Positions 55,424 to 64,000 of a stretch of DNA of 64,000 bases are shown in pieces; the first letter of the stretch is position 1, and each line of letters starts with the position of its first letter. The position numbers and the translations under genes were made by a program. The notes under the pieces are model-generated. The model had not been told where the DNA came from. It ran no database searches and worked only from the letters and a program-made list of their open reading frames with translations. Location: sequence record ON229909.1; one strand, 5' to 3'. The stretch comes from Escherichia phage vB_EcoM_CE1.

Positions 55424-56233
55424 TTAGAAACGAGATGCGACTTTCGCATATACACTTACAATATCTTCTGCACCAGGTGCAGCTTTATCTTCTACAGCTT
55501 CAGTGACGAAATTCAGTCCGGCTGCTTCAGTATCAGGAGTATTTATACCCTCAGTAATAGTGCTTTCATCTTTATTAGACTTCTTCACCATTTCTACGAT
55601 GGCACTCAATTTACTTGAGAATTCATCTGAATAATCCATACCTTCGACCAGAGCAGAGACTTTTTCTTTTTGAGACTCAGTCAGATCTTTAGTACTTTCG
55701 CTCAATGCCACTTCACGCTGCACATAATTGATATATGCGTCACGCTTATTGAGTTCTTCGAACAGACGAGCTGATTCTTCTTTATGTTCTTGCAGCTCTT
55801 CTTCCATTTCAGCCACAACATCAACTGATTCTTCTGGAACAACAACGTTGTGTTCAACAAAGAGCTCTTTTAATCCACCAAGCATGGATTCAAACAGTTC
55901 GGCTTTGATGCCTTTATCAACTGCTAATTTATTTTCAGCGAGCCATTCTTTCGCAAGATGGTCGATGAATTTAGAAGCTTGCTCAGCGATTTTCTTCTCA
56001 GCTTTTTCTTCGGCTTCTTCTTTATTTTTTTCTACTTCTTCTTCTGCTTTTTCAGCAATTTTAGCGATATGAGATTCAGCTAATTTAACGGCGTGCTGCT
56101 TGACGGTAGCTTCGAATACAGTGCCGAAAGTTTCTTTTGCTTCCGGAGAAATATTAACTGATTCGAAAATACTATCAAGAGCAACGGAAGCATCAATTTT
56201 TTGCGCTTCAGCAATCAGTTGTTCTTTAAGCAT
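55424..56233 (-). CDS. 22: gp22 prohead core scaffold
   Basis: 269 aa as in T4, acidic coiled-coil. Confidence 0.9.
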   Translation of the reverse strand: MLKEQLIAEAQKIDASVALDSIFESVNISPEAKETFGTVFEATVKQHAVKLAESHIAKIAEKAEEEVEKNKEEAEEKAEKKIAEQASKFIDHLAKEWLAENKLAVDKGIKAELFESMLGGLKELFVEHNVVVPEESVDVVAEMEEELQEHKEESARLFEELNKRDAYINYVQREVALSESTKDLTESQKEKVSALVEGMDYSDEFSSKLSAIVEMVKKSNKDESTITEGINTPDTEAAGLNFVTEAVEDKAAPGAEDIVSVYAKVASRF

Positions 56234-56260
56234 TTTGTAGTCCTGTTGTTTAGATAATAA

Positions 56261-56268
56261 TATTTATA
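56261..56268 (-). promoter_or_regulatory. late promoter TATAAATA for gene 22
   Basis: TATAAATA overlapping gene 21 stop. Confidence 0.45.
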
Positions 56269-56902
56269 ACGCTTTTTTCATGGCCTCTGCGAGAGCCATA
56301 TAGGCGTCATCGGCACTTGTATCGGCTTCCGCCGTCTGTGATTCGGTAATTTCCTTAGGAGTTACCCATGCATCTGGAGCACTTGGACCCCATACTGCAT
56401 CAACACCTACAGTTAATTTGAATCCTTCGTTTACGATACGATAACCTTTATTTGTGTCAGTCAATGAACCTAATCCACGAGAAGAAACTCCTGGAATCCA
56501 TCCGGCACGAATATTAGCTGCTAATTTATCTCCAGGACCGTGGTCACCTTCAATAACACGAGCTCGTCCGTATACGTCATTTCCTTTCCACCACATATCT
56601 TCTATAATGATAGCGGCTTGCATCGGGTCAACATTAGCGCGTGGAGGATGATTTAATTCTCCGAGAGCTTGTTTAGTTAAAACTTGCTCATTAATATAGT
56701 CTTTTACTGCTTTTTCTAATATGCGTTTTGGATAAAGACGTTTATTTCTATTGACGACTTCTGCTTGCATGAATATTCCTTCGATGTATAAACCAGGTTT
56801 TAAACCTAAGTCTTTTCCATCATGGGATTCAAGCATTGGCACACCATCAATAATTTCGCCAGGTTGACCCCAAGTTTCAATTAGTAATTGGGGTTCATTC
56901 AT
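56264..56902 (-). CDS. 21: gp21 prohead protease
   Basis: 212 aa as in T4. Confidence 0.9.
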   Translation of the reverse strand: MNEPQLLIETWGQPGEIIDGVPMLESHDGKDLGLKPGLYIEGIFMQAEVVNRNKRLYPKRILEKAVKDYINEQVLTKQALGELNHPPRANVDPMQAAIIIEDMWWKGNDVYGRARVIEGDHGPGDKLAANIRAGWIPGVSSRGLGSLTDTNKGYRIVNEGFKLTVGVDAVWGPSAPDAWVTPKEITESQTAEADTSADDAYMALAEAMKKAL

Positions 56903-57327
56903 TAGCTTAATCCTAATGCTTTACGGCGTTTAAGAGCTTTTTTACGCTTACGCTGAGCACGAGATTGACCTGCTGGATTGGCAATCTTCGTTTTGGTAGC
57001 TTTGCGAGCAATTTGTCTACGTTTTGCTTTAGACAGCCCAGTGGTTTGAAATGCATTACGTTCGCGTGTTTTGCGGTCTTTAGTACGTGTAATTTCACCA
57101 CGAGCTGAAACATGCTTAACAATAAATTCATTTAACGGCATATTTTCATTAATAGAAGCTAATGCAACTGCTAAATCAGTTTCATCATCAAGCATATTCT
57201 CGACAATTGTATTTATATCGTCTTTATTTAAAGCAGAAGACAATTCGTCAAAGCGACCCTGTGCTTCAGGAATAAGTGCTTCGACATTCTCGAGAACTAA
57301 TTCATGAGTTTCAGGGATCAGAAGCAT
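56902..57327 (-). CDS. 68: gp68 prohead core protein
   Basis: 141 aa as in T4. Confidence 0.85.
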
Positions 57328-57568
57328 TATTCATCATCCTCGTCTTCGTCATCTTCGTCAGAGTCTTTGTCTTTTTTGTCGTCTTTATCATCACTATCTT
57401 CGTCATCATCCTCGTCTTCAGGTTCTTCACCTTCGATTAAGAAATTACGAGCGATAGCGATTTTTTCTTCTTTAATTAAATCAATCGTTCTTGCAGCCAT
57501 GGCTTCAGCAAATAATTTACGAGCGGCTACGAGGTCGTTTGATTTAATAGCTTCAATTAAACCTTCCA

Positions 57569-57569
<1 letters not shown>
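57327..57569 (-). CDS. 67: gp67 prohead core protein
   Basis: 80 aa, highly acidic C-terminus ([13 protein letters not shown]...). Confidence 0.85.
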
Positions 57570-59194
<1,625 letters not shown>

Positions 59195-59205
59195 TTAAGC
59201 AGGAT

Positions 59206-59219
59206 GGGGATTTCTCCCC
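59206..59219 (-). terminator. hairpin after gene 19
   Basis: GGGGA-GAAA-UCCCC on minus strand. Confidence 0.45.
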
Positions 59220-59226
59220 ATTCATT

Positions 59227-59718
59227 TTATTCCCAATAATCGAGAGCGAGAGTTACTTCAAAGGTTTGGATTTCATTGTTTGAATCCCAATCTAATTGAA
59301 GTTCACCCACGTTGGTAGGCCACAGGCCTTTAATTTCGACTTCTTTTGTTACAGTTTTAGCGTCACGAGCATATTGGCGTACAATAGCACTCTTTTTATA
59401 CTCTGCTGGTTTTCCACCAGTAATTTCGTTTCCTTGCCCAGCAGCAATGCTTTGCCAATCAACAAACTTCTGACGTGCATCATGCGCCTCATCATTCATT
59501 ACTGTAATAGTCCAGTCATCGAATGTACGATCGCCTGCTACGTTAATTTTACGGTTCATAAATCCGACTGGAATTTTTTCTACAATACCAGCTGGTAAAG
59601 CAGTGGCTTTGCATTGAAACGTAAAATTTTGTCCAAGATAAGAAATTTCTACTTGGAATAAGTTAGGTCGAGCAAAATCACCAGATTCAAACGCTCGTGT
59701 TACATCATCTACAAACAT
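59227..59718 (-). CDS. 19: gp19 tail tube protein
   Basis: 163 aa as in T4. Confidence 0.95.
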   Translation of the reverse strand: MFVDDVTRAFESGDFARPNLFQVEISYLGQNFTFQCKATALPAGIVEKIPVGFMNRKINVAGDRTFDDWTITVMNDEAHDARQKFVDWQSIAAGQGNEITGGKPAEYKKSAIVRQYARDAKTVTKEVEIKGLWPTNVGELQLDWDSNNEIQTFEVTLALDYWE

Positions 59719-59732
59719 ATTAGCCTCTGTAG

Positions 59733-59740
59733 TATTTATA
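59733..59740 (-). promoter_or_regulatory. late promoter TATAAATA for gene 19 (proximal)
   Basis: TATAAATACTACAGAGGCTAATATG on minus strand. Confidence 0.5.
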
Positions 59741-59791
59741 TCCCTATGTTTAACCTAGGGCATATAGAATTAAAGAATTAAGGATATAGTG

Positions 59792-59799
59792 TATTTATA
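59792..59799 (-). promoter_or_regulatory. second late-promoter-like element (distal)
   Basis: ATATAAATACAC on minus strand, 59 nt upstream of the proximal copy. Confidence 0.4.
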
Positions 59800-59800
59800 T

Positions 59801-59818
59801 GGCCTGCCGAAACAGGCC
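59801..59818 (-). terminator. hairpin after the HNH ORF
   Basis: GGCCUG-UUUCGG-CAGGCC on minus strand. Confidence 0.45.
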
Positions 59819-59825
59819 TTTAGAA

Positions 59826-60431
59826 TCATTCTAGTAAATCCCAAAGATCTACGCTATTTCTTTTTGACTTTTCTCGGTTAGATTCCCAAGTGATTATTTC
59901 TAAATTTTTTACGCTTGCTATAATTTCCGGCGGAATTAAATTATCAAATCCATATTTGATAGATACTTTATGATCGAGTTGGTAAGCACCTTCTACACCG
60001 CACACTCCTATTTTATCAGCATTCGGCCATTTTGACCAAATTTTTCTTATTTTAGCTGACTTAGTTATAGAATGAACTCTACTAGCATATAATGCAAACT
60101 CTTTTCTTTTACCAGTCCATCGAGGGTGTTTATCGCCTCTTTGCCATGGTCTGCTTATTCCGGATTGAACTTCCGAATTTTTAATAGCAACTTGTTTAAT
60201 GCTACATTTTCTACATGCATGTGTAGGTGTTCTATTTAAAAGCTGAATGCTTCTACTAAATTTAATACCGCACAAATCACATTTAGCGTCAACTATTTTA
60301 TTACTATTCTTTGGCATTAATTCTATTGGAACAGATACTGTATCATGATATGATACTTTATATCCTAGAATTGTCGACCACATTTTTGAATGATTTCTTG
60401 GTTTTATTGTAACAAACTTAGAAATAATCAC
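59826..60431 (-). CDS. putative HNH-family endonuclease with zinc ribbon, inserted between genes 18 and 19
   Basis: track ORF 59826..60470 (214 aa); likely start is GTG at 60431 after GAGGAAA; CDLCG...CRKC zinc-ribbon-like motif and LDHKVSIKYGFDN...NLEIITWESNREK HNH-like motif; no gene here in T4. Confidence 0.6.
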   Translation of the reverse strand: MIISKFVTIKPRNHSKMWSTILGYKVSYHDTVSVPIELMPKNSNKIVDAKCDLCGIKFSRSIQLLNRTPTHACRKCSIKQVAIKNSEVQSGISRPWQRGDKHPRWTGKRKEFALYASRVHSITKSAKIRKIWSKWPNADKIGVCGVEGAYQLDHKVSIKYGFDNLIPPEIIASVKNLEIITWESNREKSKRNSVDLWDLLE

Positions 60432-60448
60432 TTGTTTCCTCGAGAATA

Positions 60449-60462
60449 GGGGCCGAAGCCCC
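60449..60462 (-). terminator. UUCG hairpin after gene 18
   Basis: GGGGC-UUCG-GCCCC on minus strand. Confidence 0.5.
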
Positions 60463-60474
60463 ACAATCAATCAA

Positions 60475-62454
60475 TTAACCTGCAAGACCAGTTAACTCAT
60501 CGAAATCTGCACCAGTAGCAGTTGCGACGAAATTAAGTTGGATATAATTTATACTGCGCGCCGGTTGGATGTAGAATGTTGCAACAAACTCATTTCTATC
60601 AATTACTGACGGAGTGTTATTTGTTGTATCGCAAACTACACGATATTCATAAATTCCACCGAGAGCTTTAATTCCCTGTAAGTACTGGGCAGTTTCTGTG
60701 CGGAATGATGAACGAGTAAACGCGTTGTTTAATTCGAACAAACGATATTTTGAACTACGTCCGATATTCGTTTTCAACATATTAAACAGACGACGAACGT
60801 TAATACGATCAAATGGAGAAGGAACAGAAGTAGCTGTTTTATCACCATACAATACGTAACCATCACCACCTGTACCAGTTACCGGGTTGATAGCTTCTTG
60901 GTATAAACGGTCGCGCTGAGCCTGGCGAGTTTCAATAGCAAGTTTAATAACGTTAAGAATCTGACCACGATTATAACCAGCTGGAGACATCCAAGTCTGA
61001 GATACGTTATCAGTTCTTGCGCATAAACCAGCAATATCAGCTGCTAATGGAACCCAGCGATTGACATCATTATATTTGTCATACTGATATTTGTAGTTAC
61101 CATCAATTGCTGCATAGGTTGAACTGATATTAAAGTTATTATCAGTGTATGAACCTGTTGCGGTTCTCCAATTGACTAAGTTATCAACAGCGCGAGTTAC
61201 AGGAATTCCAACTACAGTTTCGCGCGGTGGTGAGCACAATACTAAGCAATCCTGGCGAGCATCCCCGATTGAAACGACGTGTTTTTGGACAGTAGATGCT
61301 GTTTCTAAAGATTCACCGGCGCAAGAACCAGCAATAAACAACTGAACATCAACGGATTCACGGTCAGCAAAGAAGTCCCAGGCTTCCATTAAATCTCCTG
61401 CTGTTACTTCAGCATTTGATGATAATCCACCAGACAGAGTTAAAATTCCAGAGAAGCCTTCTGGCCAGTTTTGTGCAGTTGCAAAAATATATTCTGAACC
61501 ACCTTTTGCGAAAAAGTCATCGATATAGATGTTACTATCGTAAATATCTTTTTCACCGCGCTTTGTTGAAAGAACAACGCTTTGAACAATAGCATCATTA
61601 CGACGAACTATAATAGCGTACTGTGAATCAGTTTGTGGTCCATATCCAAACACAGTTTTAGCAGTAGATGCACGAGTACCACCGCCTGGATAAATTGGGA
61701 GTAATGCAGAAGCACCTTTTGCATAGTCAGCTTTAGATACTATTTCAATTTCAATTTTATCGCCTAATTCGCCTGGATAAAGCGCTACTACTCCTGGAAT
61801 TCCGTATTTTTCGAGATTTGCTTGAAAGCCAACCTCTGTCATAGCAGCTTCAGCATTTTCAATTTCAGCTAATAAAATACCAGAATCAGTAATAATTTTT
61901 CCAAGAGTTATTACTGCAGCTAAACCAGAGGAAGATGAAGAAATTTCCGCAGTCCAGTTAGAACCTAATTCCGGATATTCACCGACTTCTTTCGCTTTAG
62001 CGATAATTTTTGCGGTAGGAATATTAATTTTCTTAATTTTTCCATCAGCATCTACTTCGGTAATTTTACCTTCCGTTTCAATGTCTTCTGAAACATACTT
62101 AACTGTGATTTTATCTCCAACCGCGTAGTTACTACCTGGAGTAGAAATAGTGTATTCAATATTACCAGCAATCGGAGATGAGTTTTTAGCGGTATCTCTA
62201 TCGACAGCACGCACAACTCGCAAATCATTTCCATATTGTAAGAAATTCATTGCAGACATAAAATAGTCAGCAGTTTCAGCTGTAGGTTGACCAAAAGTAT
62301 TAACTAAATCTACTTCATTTGTAACCTGTTTGATCTGAAAAGCAGGACCCCACTGGAATTTACCGGCCAAAGCTGCTGTACCAGTAGAGTTATTAACCAC
62401 GGTGCTTTGAACCGTAGTTTCTTTGAGCTCAATGCCCGGAGATAATAAAGTCAT
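60475..62454 (-). CDS. 18: gp18 tail sheath protein
   Basis: 659 aa as in T4. Confidence 0.97.
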   Translation of the reverse strand: MTLLSPGIELKETTVQSTVVNNSTGTAALAGKFQWGPAFQIKQVTNEVDLVNTFGQPTAETADYFMSAMNFLQYGNDLRVVRAVDRDTAKNSSPIAGNIEYTISTPGSNYAVGDKITVKYVSEDIETEGKITEVDADGKIKKINIPTAKIIAKAKEVGEYPELGSNWTAEISSSSSGLAAVITLGKIITDSGILLAEIENAEAAMTEVGFQANLEKYGIPGVVALYPGELGDKIEIEIVSKADYAKGASALLPIYPGGGTRASTAKTVFGYGPQTDSQYAIIVRRNDAIVQSVVLSTKRGEKDIYDSNIYIDDFFAKGGSEYIFATAQNWPEGFSGILTLSGGLSSNAEVTAGDLMEAWDFFADRESVDVQLFIAGSCAGESLETASTVQKHVVSIGDARQDCLVLCSPPRETVVGIPVTRAVDNLVNWRTATGSYTDNNFNISSTYAAIDGNYKYQYDKYNDVNRWVPLAADIAGLCARTDNVSQTWMSPAGYNRGQILNVIKLAIETRQAQRDRLYQEAINPVTGTGGDGYVLYGDKTATSVPSPFDRINVRRLFNMLKTNIGRSSKYRLFELNNAFTRSSFRTETAQYLQGIKALGGIYEYRVVCDTTNNTPSVIDRNEFVATFYIQPARSINYIQLNFVATATGADFDELTGLAG

Positions 62455-62482
62455 TTTTAATCCTCTTTAATATGCTTTAATA

Positions 62483-64000
<1,518 letters not shown>

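Overview
This window is a T4-like (T-even, Tequatrovirus-type) myovirus segment, in reverse orientation relative to the standard T4 map. Gene order, protein lengths and many near-identical protein sequences match T4. From left to right: small early ORFs, arn, asiA, holin t, long tail fiber genes 38-37-36-35-34 (minus strand), then the plus-strand block rnh-dsbA-33-59-32-frd-td-nrdA-nrdB-denA-rnlA-alc-spanins-pseT-cd-31-rIII-30-alt, baseplate hub genes 54-48-29-28-27-51 (minus) and 26-25 (plus), uvsY, uvsW, inh, hoc, rnlB, head genes 24-23-22-21-68-67-20, tail tube 19, sheath 18 and the 3' part of terminase gene 17. Differences from T4 that stand out: (1) gene 17 is fractured, with the gp17 C-terminal part (residues 257-610) fused to an intein-like C-fragment that has its own start codon; (2) an HNH-type endonuclease gene sits between genes 18 and 19; (3) td and nrdB carry short group I introns with no endonuclease ORF; (4) a 68-codon ORF is inserted between frd and td; (5) hoc is frameshifted; (6) a degenerate alt 5' copy lies next to a 48-bp promoter duplication; (7) gene 38 is the glycine-rich T2-type adhesin. 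No tRNA, rRNA or CRISPR array was recognised. All coordinates were derived by hand from the sequence and ORF track; motif positions may be off by 1-2 nt. T4 comparisons are from memory, not from a database search.
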